A stretch of DNA of 63,077 nucleotides, filler included, from Octopus bimaculoides (GCF_001194135.2; 6 parts of 6 records of this genome joined end to end with filler, not necessarily neighbours in it), one strand, 5' to 3'. Numbered from the whole stretch's first letter, positions 35,686 to 50,039 are shown. Made by a program: numbers and translations. Notes: generated by a model not told the origin, from the letters alone.

Positions 35686-35779
35686 TCTCTCTATACATCT
35701 CTCTATACATCTCTCTATAACGCCGTTTTTAGATTTCATTATTCTCTTTAACCCAGGCAACGCCGAGTATTTCTGCTAG
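35686..35779 (+). mobile_element. Very short Helitron-like remnant
   Basis: TCTCTCTATA start (12-bp unit three times), CCAGGCAACGCCGAG hairpin-like motif, CTAG|T end. Confidence 0.45.
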
Positions 35780-35810
<31 letters not shown>

Positions 35811-36618
35811 ATAAATACATACATACTTGCATACATACATGCATACGTGCATACATATGCATATACACACACGCGCGCACACACACACGCGCGCACACAC
35901 ACACGCACACACACATCCCCAAACAACAGAAACTAAAAAGGAAAAAAATGAAAGATAAGAAATGTTGTAAATGCGAAGAAGATTATGCGAAATCATGTAG
36001 AAGAGCCATAATTCCATTCTCATGTCATGTCTTAATAAATATGTTAATAATGATGATGATTGGCGGTGGTGGGCGGCGGTGTGGTGCTGGTGGACAACGA
36101 GGGTGGGCGAATGGTGGTGGGATAGGTGCACGTTGTGGTGGAAAAATATAAATATAAAAACAAAAAAACAAAGAACAAAAAACAAAACGAAAACAATTCT
36201 CGATGTGAAACATTTATTAACTTCCTATATTCGATATTCGATGATTCTTTACCAAACTGTTCCCCCAATTTATCAAGGAACCGAAATATCAACTTCTATT
36301 TGCACTCTTTCACACCAGAAGTGCCAATAAAAGACGAAAGCGACACGTTTTATGACATGTCTTTTGTACTCTTTTTGCTTGCATGCAGACGATATGTAGC
36401 AGCCATCTTGTGTTTCTGTTACTGTAATTGCATTGCTATTGTTGTTCGTGCTACGGTTGTTGTTGTTATCGTTGCTGTTGTTGTTATTGTTGTTTCGGTC
36501 TTATTTCTACCTTCCAAAGATATTCTGAACAGTTCCGATCAAAAACACAGATGTGGATGGAATTATAATAGAAGCTACATCTTTTTTGCTCTTCATGTCT
36601 TCTCCCTCACGCCCCCCC

Positions 36619-36704
<86 letters not shown>

Positions 36705-37836
36705 AACACTCACACACGCCATATATCATAGCTCTACTTCGTATACAAACATACATGTATGCATGCGTACATATATACATATAAACATAATACCTACCTA
36801 CGTACATAATACATACATACATACATACAAGCATGCGTACATACATGTATGCATGTGTACATACATGCATGCGTATGTAACCACATACATTTATTCACAC
36901 ATATATACATACATGCGTACATACATATATACAAACATGCACATACACAAATACACACGTGTGTATTGGTGTGCGAGTGGGTTTATATATGAGTGTGTAT
37001 GTATATGCAACTATACACAAATGTGTGTATATATGTATGTATATGCAAATACACGCATAACTATATATGCAAATACACACACTTACACGCACAGGGCGTG
37101 GGGGAGGAGGAGCATGGGTTACCATCACCATATTGAAAATACGAAATTATTTTGTCCCCCACCTTTTCTCCCCTTTTTCCGCGGTCCTTGTAAACATTGG
37201 TATGGAATATAAAAGAGAAAGAAAGATTTGAACTTGTTTTGGGTTCGTAATATTCCCAACGGGCGTGGACGATTTAAAAGGAACAATTATACAGATTGTT
37301 TCGCCCAGTAATCAGTCGGCTGAGTTAATTGATGAAGCTTATCGGTTGACCGTTGCCTTTTGTTTGTCTTTAGTTGACCGATGTTTTATGATATTTGTCA
37401 GCTGGTCACTGACAATGCCCCCGTCTTTTAAACAACACGTGACACGTTCGATGCATTGTGATTGAAATGGCGGCTGATCAAAAGCAGCTAGGACAAAACT
37501 AATTTAACATAAACGACATCCCATTTACTGGAACGAACCGGCAGCCGAACTCATACGCGCCCGTGTATGCACATACGTATGTACATAATTACCTATATAG
37601 ATACATTCATCAATATATACATTTACATACATACATACATTAACCCACATGTTAACGTGTTAACATGCCGATGTGATAATTTCAAGTGCACCATGGGAAC
37701 CGGCTAGCGTTTACGATAAAGTATCTACGCACGTTTTCTTTTTTATTTTGCCGTTGTCTGTTTTCCGGAATAAACTGAAGTTAGATACAAAATGCCTTTG
37801 CGTCTATTGTCCTTTTTCCTTTCATGTGGTTTAAAA

Positions 37837-37934
37837 TTCTTCTTCTTCTTCTTCTTCTTCTTCTTCTTCTTCTTCTTCTTCTTCTTCTTCTTCTTCTTCT
37901 TCTTCTTCTTCTTCTTCTTCTTCTTCTTCTTCTT
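37837..37934. repeat. (CTT)n microsatellite
   Basis: Direct trinucleotide run into a gap. Confidence 0.98.
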
Positions 37935-38593
37935 NNNNNNNNNNNNNNNNNNNNNNNNNNNNNNNNNNNNNNNNNNNNNNNNNNNNNNNNNNNNNNNNNN
38001 NNNNNNNNNNNNNNNNNNNNNNNNNNNNNNNNNNNNNNNNNNNNNNNNNNNNNNNNNNNNNNNNNNNNNNNNNNNNNNNNNNNNNNNNNNNNNNNNNNNN
38101 NNNNNNNNNNNNNNNNNNNNNNNNNNNNNNNNNNNNNNNNNNNNNNNNNNNNNNNNNNNNNNNNNNNNNNNNNNNNNNNNNNNNNNNNNNNNNNNNNNNN
38201 NNNNNNNNNNNNNNNNNNNNNNNNNNNNNNNNNNNNNNNNNNNNNNNNNNNNNNNNNNNNNNNNNNNNNNNNNNNNNNNNNNNNNNNNNNNNNNNNNNNN
38301 NNNNNNNNNNNNNNNNNNNNNNNNNNNNNNNNNNNNNNNNNNNNNNNNNNNNNNNNNNNNNNNNNNNNNNNNNNNNNNNNNNNNNNNNNNNNNNNNNNNN
38401 NNNNNNNNNNNNNNNNNNNNNNNNNNNNNNNNNNNNNNNNNNNNNNNNNNNNNNNNNNNNNNNNNNNNNNNNNNNNNNNNNNNNNNNNNNNNNNNNNNNN
38501 NNNNNNNNNNNNNNNNNNNNNNNNNNNNNNNNNNNNNNNNNNNNNNNNNNNNNNNNNNNNNNNNNNNNNNNNNNNNNNNNNNNNNNNNNNNNN

Positions 38594-38634
<41 letters not shown>

Positions 38635-38639
38635 ATATA

Positions 38640-38695
38640 ATGGCAGTGCCCCAGCATGGCCACAGCTCAAGAGCTGAAACTAGATAAAATGAAAA
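38640..38695 (+). mobile_element. SINE family C 3' tail fragment
   Basis: GGCAGTGCCCCAGCATGGCCACAG...CTGAAACTAGATAAAA. Confidence 0.65.
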
Positions 38696-39829
38696 TGATA
38701 TGTATATATGTATATAAATGTATGTATATATAGACGTACATAAGCACACACATACTCACGCATAGACATACACACACACTCTCTCTCTTTCTCCCCTTCC
38801 CTTTCTCTATACATACATACATATATACATACATACATTCACTATAAATAATCACGATATCTGGAATTATAAAAATCTGCAAGACCTTACGATTTAAAGG
38901 ATGATGAACAAAACCAGATGCTTTCCTTCACAACCTTGCTACCAAGTAGGTGGTCTGTCAAAATTTATTATAAATTAAAAAGAGAAAGAAAAACGTACGT
39001 ACACTCACATAATATATGTATGTATTTCCCCCTCTCGTTCTTCCTCTGTTACTACTACGTATCTCTCTTTACCCCTCTCGTTCTTCCTTCTGTTACTACT
39101 ATATNNNNNNNNNNNNNNNNNNNNNNNNNNNNNNNNNNNNNNNNNNNNNNNNNNNNNNNNNNNNNNNNNNNNNNNNNNNNNNNNNNNNNNNNNNNNNNNN
39201 NNNNNNNNNNNNNNNNNNNNNNNNNNNNNNNNNNNNNNNNNNNNNNNNNNNNNNNNNNNNNNNNNNNNNNNNNNNNNNNNNNNNNNNNNNNNNNNNNNNN
39301 NNNNNNNNNNNNNNNNNNNNNNNNNNNNNNNNNNNNNNNNNNNNNNNNNNNNNNNNNNNNNNNNNNNNNNNNNNNNNNNNNNNNNNNNNNNNNNNNNNNN
39401 NNNNNNNNNNNNNNNNNNNNNNNNNNNNNNNNNNNNNNNNNNNNNNNNNNNNNNNNNNNNNNNNNNNNNNNNNNNNNNNNNNNNNNNNNNNNNNNNNNNN
39501 NNNNNNNNNNNNNNNNNNNNNNNNNNNNNNNNNNNNNNNNNNNNNNNNNNNNNNNNNNNNNNNNNNNNNNNNNNNNNNNNNNNNNNNNNNNNNNNNNNNN
39601 NNNNNNNNNNNNNNNNNNNNNNNNNNNNNNNNNNNNNNNNNNNNNNNNNNNNNNNNNNNNNNNNNNNNNNNNNNNNNNNNNNNNNNNNNNNNNNNNNNNN
39701 NNNNNNNNNNNNNNNNNNNNNNNNNNNNNCAGGTTTAATTTGTGTATACAAATTTAATTTGTGGTCCATGGGAAGAGCCATTTTAACGATGCGTCCTGCC
39801 CAACTCTTCGAAACGCCAGTGTTAAAATG

Positions 39830-40190
39830 GGGGTAGCTGATGAAGGAAAATGTTCTCTATGTGGCTTGTGTGTTGTCTGTACTCTGGTTATTATTATTTT
39901 CTTATCTACGTTTTGTTTGCAATGTCCTGTACCCAGATATGCACCTATATATACAGGTAAACGTAGGTATGCGCATATCTGTACGTATATATGCATATAC
40001 TCATTTATTATTTGTTATATATATGTATATATATGTAGACAACCGACAACTGATGAAGGGTCCTTTCTCTGTTTTTACTTGTCCTGTTTTCCATCTTTTT
40101 ATTGTTGTTTACGCATTTAACTAGTTTGTTTACGTGTCTCATATTATTTGCACCGTTGGTTACGTCCTGTACCCATATATGCATTTAAAA
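39830..40190 (+). repeat. Two tandem copies of the CTGATGAAGG...GTCCTGTACCCA repeat
   Basis: Units start near 39835 and 40050; homologous to 14460-14620. Confidence 0.65.
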
Positions 40191-40417
40191 GAGAAAATTT
40201 AAAAGAGAAAGAGAAGAACATATATCATCTTTATACTTGATATAATTAAAATACCCTATGACCGCGTGTCCAGCCCACGTGAATTGACACGTAGAAAGAG
40301 AAAGGTCTGATTTTCAGGAATTGTCACCGAGCGATCGAATGAAGAACAACACTGGGTAAACTGTGAGATTGCAATGAGAGACGTGAGAAAAAAGATTCAG
40401 TGCACAAGTGAGAGACA

Positions 40418-41325
40418 TATTGGATGGTCAGATAAATTTGATCACTTTTTATTTACCCTCCATTCATTCTAATCCTTATTTTTAATCAATAATGTTAACA
40501 AACCAAACATTGTTCATGACTTCTTGGCCAACGATCCATCAATTCCTTGACGATAGAAATCATTGTTTTAACTTAATGAATTCGTCGAGTCATGTTTTAA
40601 ACTCCACAACCGAAAAAGGATGATTTTCTGAAGGCCCTTTATCAGGAGAAAACGTTGGGTGGCTAGAACTTCCTAACTGAGCTCTTGAATAACATTTTTG
40701 TTAAATTAGCGATGTAGGGCGCACGTTGTTGTGTTGAAGAAGCACGCCGTGTTGCCGGTCGGGCTGCCGGTCGGGCTGCCGGTCGGGCTGCCGGTCGGAT
40801 TGCTGGTCGAGTGAAAGTGACGGGTAATGGTATCACAAGAGCATCCTATCAGCTGGGTCAATTCTCAAGTGGATTGATGCGGATTCTCATGGATGAGATC
40901 GTCAGTTGATCCTCTTTGAACAGGTCGGCTGGAACGCGGAGAGTCTGTGAGATATAATTTTCCCTTCTTGAAGCGTGAAAAACTATTTCTGCGCAGTTCT
41001 TTCAGTAATAGCGCTTTCTCCACACACAGTACAAATGTCTTGAGCGGCTTTGGCAGGTTTGGAACCTTGATTGAAAGTGAAGAGAAGCAGGTGTCGAAAA
41101 TGCTCATCCTTTTCTACTTGGCACTCTATCGTCATATGACTGAAAACAAGGTAAAATTTATTTAAATTTCGCAAACAATAAACAAAAATTGGAGAAGAAT
41201 AAAACTCCCCCCCCCCAAAAAAAAACTAAAAGGAATAAAAAAACACGATGATAAAAAAATATTTTTTTTTAGGTTAATTCAAATAACATTGGAAAGAAAC
41301 GAACGAATTTTCAGACAACCCAATA
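40418..41325 (-). mobile_element. Internally deleted mariner element with both TIRs and TA TSD
   Basis: TA|TTGGATGGTCAGATAA and TTCAGACAACCCAA|TA; minus strand ECQVEKDEHFRHLLLF...HENPHQST joined to GVLLQHNNVRP...HPTFSPD; 12-bp tandem at 40753-40812. Confidence 0.9.
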
Positions 41326-41925
41326 AAACTAAAGAAGCGGGGAAAAAAAAATCAAAAAACAAAGTTTACCGGACAAGATAAATATACTCAAGAAGGCCGC
41401 AACAACGACAAAAATGATTGTAAATAAGACAAGGAGAGAGGGAGAAGGAAATGTTAGCGATGGAAGGAGCAGGTGCTAGTGTAATCGAAGGTTCGGGTCA
41501 GGGTAGGAGTTGGTAGGTTGATAAAACGGAAAGATGGTGGTGGGTAGTAGAGAGGTAGGGTAGATGAGTGAAATTAATAGTATTTACCAGTGGAGAAATT
41601 AGAAGGGGGACAGGATGTAGAAGTATTAAGAAGAGAGGAGGGGATACGAAGTAGGGGTTATTTTGAAAAATTGTATTTTAATCGGGTGGATATTTGTGTA
41701 TGTATGTATGTTTTGTGACTGTTTTTATCAAAGCATATATGTGTGTATGTATGTGTGTGTGTGTATTGAAGGCTTGTGACTGTATTTATCTGAATTTGTA
41801 ACTTAATCTTTCGGCGTTGTCATACTAGATCGCTAGCCTTTCTCTTTACCGCATATCATGCCAATTAGCTCTCTGTTTTCAAAAAGAAAGTGATTACTTA
41901 ACTCACACTACATTTGCCATTGTCT

Positions 41926-42165
<240 letters not shown>

Positions 42166-42302
42166 CATATGTGTTTGTGTGCGTGTGTGAGTGTGTAAAA
42201 GAAAGGGAGAAACGGGAAAAGTAAAGAACGGGATGAAAAAAATAGAAATAAAATAACTACACCCAGAGTAGATAATGTTCTATGAAATAAAGAGGTTCAC
42301 AC

Positions 42303-42343
<41 letters not shown>

Positions 42344-42353
42344 NNNNNNNNNN

Positions 42354-42392
<39 letters not shown>

Positions 42393-42544
42393 ATCAGAGA
42401 TACACATGCACATGTATACTGTATAGACGTAGATATGTACACTAAAGCACATTACCTTCTACACATCCCCGACTTACATATTCAGACATACACCACACAG
42501 ACAGATACACTAGATCTTTCATCCACCCAGCGCTAATATCGTCA

Positions 42545-44150
42545 GTGTGGATACCGAGCCTTCTCATTCCTCCACACTCTGGATCAACTTGTCTCATGCC
42601 CTACTCATATCTCGGATCGATACATAGATACCTTAAATATTCTTAATCTCGTTTTCATCTTCAAATCTAATCCCTACCAAACTGAAACTGTCACCGCACC
42701 TATAGGGTCTTCTGATCACTGTCTCATCGCAACTACACAACACGCATTCATACACCTCTCACCACCCATTACTCTCAAGTCAGCCAGCTGTTCGAAGTTC
42801 AGCCACTTTTGTACTAATTATCGCTGACAGCATGCTTACTTCACTTCTGACACATCATATACAGCTACGTAGGTGATCGAAACTATTCTTCCTTCACCTC
42901 CTACATACAGCAAAAGCGCAATATTTCAATCTTAAAAGTGGCTCACTCATAGTTGCGCCATAGCTGTTCAAGCAGAAAGTACGGCTTACGTCTGGAGAAA
43001 CTTAGACACTTACCAAAAAATAGATGTTGTTTACCCAACAATGGATTTCCTGAAAGACAGTTATCAAGACCACAAAAAAAAAAAAATGACTTTGTGCATC
43101 GCACAGCCCTCAAGCTATTACGCCTCTCAAAGTTTTATATCTTGCCACAGGTTGGTATATATAAATTATGCAGCGGAGGTTTAATAAATGTACTCACATG
43201 ACGTACTTCGCGAGATTACCAAAACGCTGTCTCGGACTATTACCGACCACTACTCTTTATAAGAGTTCGGTTAGTTCATTCCTCCAGAGGGTGTCAATGA
43301 CTCTCGCCACAACACAAAGTGTAATCGATCTTTGTAGTCCTTGTTCAAAGAATATCCACCGACTCTGCAGATCGCCAAAACGATTGCACTGTAAGCTGTA
43401 CCTCGTAGAGAAAGCCTTTCAACAAATTTTACAATTGCATATATTTGGCAAATCTTCTCCGAATTTGTTTCCTTCCACTCCTCCAGGTCTACAAAGCTCA
43501 CTTGTTATGCGTACATTAATACCGAGTGGGAAAGTACATTTGGTTCCTTCAAACCAACAAGGTTACCTGCCGTGATAATGTCCCTTCCGTTATCCTCAAA
43601 TATTGCACCACTGTCTCCACTCTTAAACTCACCAGGCTTTTCAATACCACCCTTGCTGCTACTATTTGCCTTGATATTTGGATACACGTTTGGAAACACG
43701 TCATTTCCAAGAAAAGAAACTCCTCTGACAATACCAACTATTCCGATAACATACTCACTTCCAATATCTCTAAGATAATGAAAGCAGCCATTAACAACGA
43801 CACTTTCCATGACTTTGAATTACTTTCTCTTCACTCTCACTTTAACGACCATCAGTGTGGATTCCGTAAATTCAGATTCACTGGTGACCTACATTCATAT
43901 ATCATCCACCAGTAGGATCTTGTCTCGCTGAAATTTGGTGAAAGCAGTGTTGTCACCCTCAGCATCAGTCAAACGACCATGTCTCGTCTGCAAATCTATC
44001 AAAACCGCTCTTATATGGGCTCCATCTGCTTCATCTCATGAATCAATAGCTTACCATCAGATCATACTATTGCAGCATCCGTTGACGGTTCTCTTTCTGT
44101 TTCTATCTCTAACATCCTTGGTTGTGCAACACTTTGGGTAATAGTGTTAT
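42545..44150 (+). mobile_element. Degenerate CR1/Jockey-group LINE (APE end and RT start)
   Basis: LDQLVSCPTH...APIGSSDHCLI (APE end); DNVPSVILKYC...LTRLF; SNISKIMKAAIN...NDHQCGFRKFR.TGDL (RT domains). Confidence 0.8.
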
Positions 44151-44230
44151 ACCATAGCCTAGGGCCAATGAAAGTCGTGTGAGTGAATTTAGTTGACGGA
44201 AACTCTACGTGAAAACTCGTCGTATGTATG
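44150..44230 (+). mobile_element. SINE family C central fragment
   Basis: CCATAGCCTAGGGCCAA...GTGAGTGAATTTAGTTGACGGAAACT. Confidence 0.6.
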
Positions 44231-44473
44231 TGTGTGTATGAGTGTATGTTGTGTGTGTATGAGTGTATGTACGCGTCTGTTAAATAGATTTGTGTAGTTG
44301 TTACATTAAACGCGCTCTGAATTGCAATATCAATTCCTGTTTGTGGAATCGAAATAAAATTTAATGTTAACAGTGATTGTATACATGGAAGTTTTGCTTT
44401 TAAAATTGGTTTCCTACCCTGTTTTGCATAAACCTAAATCCTTTAACTACTGGAGATAAGGTCGAGTAATTGC

Positions 44474-44515
44474 TGTGCTGATGAAGGCAGTTGAGCACGA
44501 AACACGTTTCCACGA
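44474..44515 (+). ncRNA. Hammerhead-like motif (canonical core, mutated stems)
   Basis: GTG-CTGATGA-AGGC(agttga)GCAC-GAAAC-AC-GTT-TCCAC. Confidence 0.45.
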
Positions 44516-44738
44516 CTGTTCTTTTATATCCAGATAATGATTGTATACATGCTGATGAAGGCATGTATACAATATCTAGACAATAATTCTGTTTCTTTTC
44601 GTAATGGCATGTCTGTTTTAGAGAACTTTTGGATCTGGAAATTATCTCCCCTACTCACATGGAGCTGATCCTAATTGCCATTGCGGAAACAATTTGATTA
44701 AATCGTAAATTTTGGTCCCAAGGTATTTAGCACACAGG

Positions 44739-44816
<78 letters not shown>

Positions 44817-45049
44817 CACATACATACAGAGTGTACTTTTTATTTCAATATAAACTTTTTCCTTTCTTTTTGTTTTCCTTCTTTATTTCCAACTTTCTAA
44901 CCTGCTCTGAAGTGATTCCCTCAGCCAGCTTTAATTCTAACAACAAATAAACTACACCCGTATACTATATATATACATACATACATGCATATATATATAT
45001 ATATANNNNNNNNNNNNNNNNNNNNNNNNNNNNNNNNNNNNNNNNNNNN

Positions 45050-45061
45050 TTAATTAATTAA
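45050..45061. other. Artificial scaffold linker
   Basis: TTAATTAATTAA within a 100-bp N gap. Confidence 0.97.
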
Positions 45062-45664
45062 NNNNNNNNNNNNNNNNNNNNNNNNNNNNNNNNNNNNNNN
45101 NNNNNTATGAAGAAAATTTATTTAACTTTAGAAAATTCAAATATCACAATAAGCTGTTTCGAAACTTAAATCATATAAAGATCATTTATATGATAATATT
45201 TAATAATAAATACATTACTTACATATCTGCATTGTTTTAAAAGATTTTTCGCATTAATGCAGGCATGTAATTTATTTATTATTAATATAATGATATAAAT
45301 TTTCTTTATTACATGGTTTAATTTACGAGACAATTTTCTCTTGATATTTGAATTTTCTTATAGCTAAAGAAATTTTCATCACAATATTTCTCGATTATTT
45401 ATGACTTTATACACTACTTATTGTTTTGACTTTTATTGTACTACATATTCTACATGTTTTGTAGAATCATACATTAAGGAGCATTTATTTTTATGACTAC
45501 TACCGGATTACTTGAATCCATATATTGTGACTTAAATTTCCCTATATATATATATATATATATTAATTTAAGTCATAATACATGAATTCAACTTTATACA
45601 TACATACATACATACATACATACATACATACATACATACATACATACATACATAATGCAGAAAC

Positions 45665-45789
45665 ACTCTGCAGATTGTGATGGTCAACAAAATAAAATAA
45701 CACTTTAAAATTTATTCTTTCTCTGCGGTTTGGTACCAAATGATTATCGACCCCGTACAGGTTGGCAATCCGGCGTTTGGGAAGCCCTG
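45665..45789. mobile_element. hAT/Charlie-type MITE right end
   Basis: Ends GGCGTTTGGGAAGCCCTG (reverse complement of a CAGGGCTTCCCAAAC TIR); no left TIR seen. Confidence 0.55.
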
Positions 45790-46729
45790 GTTTAAGGTAT
45801 ATCGTGGAAATGTTGATGAATAGTACCAGAGATATGTTTGCCATAGTATTAGTGTAATACTACGATGACTCTCTTCACACTATAAATTTGATGTGCTACT
45901 GTTATTATTGTAGATATATCGCTTTCCTTCATTCGCTTCTGGGTTTTTTCTCTCTTACTCACCGCAGTTGACATGCGTTTTATGTTTCTATCCTGCAGTA
46001 ATCATGTCTGCCATGGGCTAGATCTATCTACTCTTCCGCAGCTTTCGCTGCAACTACTATTTTTCTTCTGGCCATGGTTACCATGCTGAGTTGGTAGCAT
46101 AGCTCATTCTAGCTATGGAGGATATAGCTTTCTTCCAAGCACGGTGTATTTATTTTATCCTATTTTAAAATATTTTTAGCTTCATGATAAATTTCGTTCC
46201 ATGTTTCTCTTTTAATTATTTTTATGCAGTTGATTTTTTTAGTTTCCTTAAGGATTTATGTGTGCTGCTTGTATGAGGAAAGCTTTGTTGAAAATTAAAG
46301 GATTTATAACATGAGGGAAAGGTGTATATAGACAAATACGTACACACATACACATGAACCAAAGAACCATATTGTCAAAACTCGTAAGTGAGTATTACTT
46401 GAGGGTATATAACAAACTTTAGTCAATTGTTTTAGGGTTGTAGTCACGAATAAACATCTTGATTTTTGTGCTTGTTATTCGCATGGTTTTGTGTATCTAC
46501 TCAAGTATACACACAAACACACACACACATACAGACATGCGCACACACACACAGCTATCTGATTTCACATTTACATCTGCCTCAGGCCAGTTCAGCACTC
46601 TGGACCAGCTTGCCAACACTTGCATTCGAAAGTTGAACCAACTGAACCAGTTTTTACTCTCCTGGTTTCTTTCAACTCTTAGTCAAATCCTAAAACATCG
46701 TCTTCTCACACAAAGACCGAATCATCCTT

Positions 46730-47075
46730 TAGCCTAGCGCTGCCAACCACCAGCCTAGTACCACCACCCTCCTTTATTCAGCCGAACTTTTCTTCACTCT
46801 TACCTACTTCTCTGGACACTACTTACTGTAGCATATCTCTGGGGTGGCTATGAGCATTAGAATAGGCCATTGCTATGTCAGTCTATGATCTTTTCATAAT
46901 TCCCCCGATCCCCCACCCGGAGATATACGGTCGTTACATTGACGGACGCATCAGTACCAATGCACACTCTTACAAAATATTCAATATCTTTTTGTGTTTC
47001 TTCAACTCATTTCACTCACTTTTCAGAATTCACCTCCTTTATTTCTAAAACCCCAGTGAACTTTCTCGACAGAGC
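46730..47075 (+). mobile_element. Penelope-like RT fragment
   Basis: SISGVAMSIRIGHCYVSL...PEIYGRYIDG...FFNSFHS...PVNFLD, matching the PLE RT motifs GVAMG...RYIDD...FLD. Confidence 0.75.
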
Positions 47076-47269
47076 TACTCCGTAAGTCATTTCAAAATGT
47101 GGTGGTAGGAGGAGACACAAACAGAAGTTTTCAATTTATTGTTACCCACAATCCTAGAGACCACATCTTATGTTTGGTGAATACATTCCAGTTCTATGAC
47201 AATCATCAAATCTAAGAAAAATAAGGTGGGTCACAAATTATTGACTTCAAATATTTTGGCAGAACGCCA

Positions 47270-47455
47270 GCAACTTCAGGCATGGAGAAAGTACATTACA
47301 TTGATACCAGTGCTCAACTGGTAATTATTTTATCAATCGCGAAGAATGAAAGGCAAAGTCGACTCCGCATTTGAACTCAGAACGTAAAGTCTGAAGAAAT
47401 GCAGCTAAGCATTTTGTCCAGTGCGATAACGATTCTGTTAGATTGCCGCCTTAGA
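47270..47455 (-). mobile_element. SINE family M
   Basis: GAAAGGCAAAGTCGAC...TTTGAACTCAGAACGTAAAG...GCTAAGCATTTTG...GCCGCCTT. Confidence 0.8.
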
Positions 47456-48113
47456 GTCAAGAATTATTAATAGCCGAAGACAATCGCCAAATCTTCAATG
47501 CCTTTTCACATAGAAGAAATAATGTAGGCCACAAGATGTTAAGACCTTAATAGTAAGACGTGTGAATTGATTGACCAGGATAAAACGAAATCTGTTAAAA
47601 GAACAGTTCAATGTAATGAACATCTTGATATATGTGTATATCTTCATTTGTACATATAGATAAATACACACACACGCACGCACACACGCACGCACACACG
47701 CACACAAACACACAAACACGCGCGCGCGCGCAGGCACGCACGCACACAAACACACATACACACACATATGCACAAAGACACAGACATAAGAACACGCACA
47801 CATTTTTTTTTTTTAATTTCATGAATTAATAACTATGAATTATATAAAAAAATATTACAAAATGCAAATTAACACAGAAGTAAGTTTTTTAGTTAAAAGA
47901 TCTTTAGCTTTTCGAATACACGTGTTATATGCTAATCTGCATAGAAGTAATTTTTTTCAGTAGCAGTATTCACTATTTGCAGTATAATTTCGGATTCAGA
48001 ATCCTTATGAAATATTTATTTTTTTGCCTTTCGTAGATGATAACTATCTTCCTATTTTTGAAAAAAAAATAGGGAATATTTTGAATTATCCATGTGCAAG
48101 AATATCTAGATAC

Positions 48114-48156
<43 letters not shown>

Positions 48157-48286
48157 TATACACACACACTCACACACACACACACACATATATATATATA
48201 CATACATACATACATACATACATACATACATACATACATACATAAATACATACATACGTACATAATACATGTATATATAATATATA

Positions 48287-48320
<34 letters not shown>

Positions 48321-48535
48321 AATATAAACAGCTAGGTGCAATGTGATATCATAAAGGAAAGATACGACCATTGCTCAATATGACTAAGAGTGTCAAGACA
48401 TTGCTAGAAATAAGAGCTAAAATGCTCTTAATATTGCAGGGAAAGTACAAAAATCTATACATATATGCTCACACACACACAAAAGCACAAACACATTTAC
48501 ACACACATATATATATATATGTATATATATATATG

Positions 48536-48597
<62 letters not shown>

Positions 48598-48661
48598 CTG
48601 GCATGCGAAAAAGATTTTGAAATTCTGACACAAGGCCTGTAATTTCAGGATTGGCTTAGTA

Positions 48662-50039
48662 CAGTGATTCCCAACGTGATCCCTGGAGCCCACCGGTGGT
48701 CCCCAGAGACTTTCTAGTGGACCACAGAGAATTCGTAGCCATAAAAAAATTGAAGCCATCTCAGATCTACACAATATTGTTCGATAATAAAGACACTGTT
48801 AGTTAATAATAATTTATATGAAGACAGAATAATAATAAGAAAACAAAATTCAATAATTATTCCATAAGAATCAATAATATATAATATATAATCAATTATA
48901 TATTACAATCAAGAATTACATAATTTAAAATTTACAATCACAACGGTTCCATAATAAATTTGATATTTTTAATAGAGCACTACACAATATTGTTTTATAA
49001 TAGATTTGATACTTTTAATTTATAGAAATAAAGTATTTATTATTTTTATTTTTTTAAAGATCAGTTGTATTAATATCTGAACCAACTGCTAAAAAGGCAA
49101 AACTGAGGAACTACAAAGAAGATTTTATCATGTTTGGTTTTGTATCTGTAGACTCAAAACCTATGTGTCTTGTATGCGATGCCATCATGACAAATCATTC
49201 CATGAAGAAAGTTAAGCTGGAACAGCACCAGAAATTAAGGCATCCATCATCTGTTAGTAAAGGTAGAGAATATTTTGAGAATGAAAAGAAAATGCAGCCA
49301 ATAAAACTACTCGACTTTGTAAAAAATATAAATACGGAAAAAGCAAAGACACTCAAACCAAGTTATTTGGTTTCTGATGTTATTGCCAAGGTTGCAGCAC
49401 CTCACATTTATGATGAGAAACTTGTCAAGTCTGCTATGATAGCTTGTGCAAATGAGGTTCTGGGAAAAAATGCTGCATCTACTCTGAGTACAATTCTACT
49501 TTCAAATAACACAATTACAAGAAGACAGGATGAAATGTCTAATTTTGTTGAGGAGAAGATTGTGGAAATTCTCCAAGGGACAAGTTTTTCTATTCAGGTT
49601 AATGAATGTAGAAGCAAGCATCATTTCTTTTCCTACCACACGGATGGTGGAATCTGCATTTTCAGCTGTTGTAGATATTTTAAGTAGAAAAAGAAATGAA
49701 TTAGATGTCAACATCAGAGGAACTATCAGACTAAGACTAAATGAGTTCATTAAAACTGATTACGATATCTTGTGTCAGAAACACTAGCTGAATGGACTAA
49801 AAATGAACGACTTTATGAAAAATGATTTTGATGTGTTGTGTTTATCTTTGTTTACTAAAATAAATTTTAAATGTTATCTTTTGTTTGCTAAAATAAATTT
49901 TAAAGTGTAAATAGACTATTTTGCCTCTTAAGTATTTTAGTGTGAAAATAGGACAGCATAAAGTAAAAATACAAGTGGTACCCAGAAATGTTTCCAAGTA
50001 AAAAATGGTCTCTGGGCTGAAAAAGGTTGTGAACCACTG
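48662..50039 (+). mobile_element. hAT Buster/Charlie-family transposon, internally deleted, with TIRs and 8-bp TSD
   Basis: CAGTGATTCCCAAC...GGTTGTGAACCACTG; TSD GCTTAGTA/GCCTAGTA (7 of 8, central TA); ORF 49130-49687 has BED-like PMCLVC...KLEQHQKLRH, LSNNTITRR and FSIQVNE, fused to the C-terminal FPTTRMVESAFSAV. Confidence 0.93.

Noticed and set aside
36040-36500. Gly/Trp-rich and Val-rich ORFs
   Set aside because: Arise from (GGT)n and (GTT)n low-complexity sequence.
14478-40070. CTGATGAAGG motifs at about 14481, 39838 and 40058
   Set aside because: No nearby GAAA/stem III, so not callable as hammerheads.
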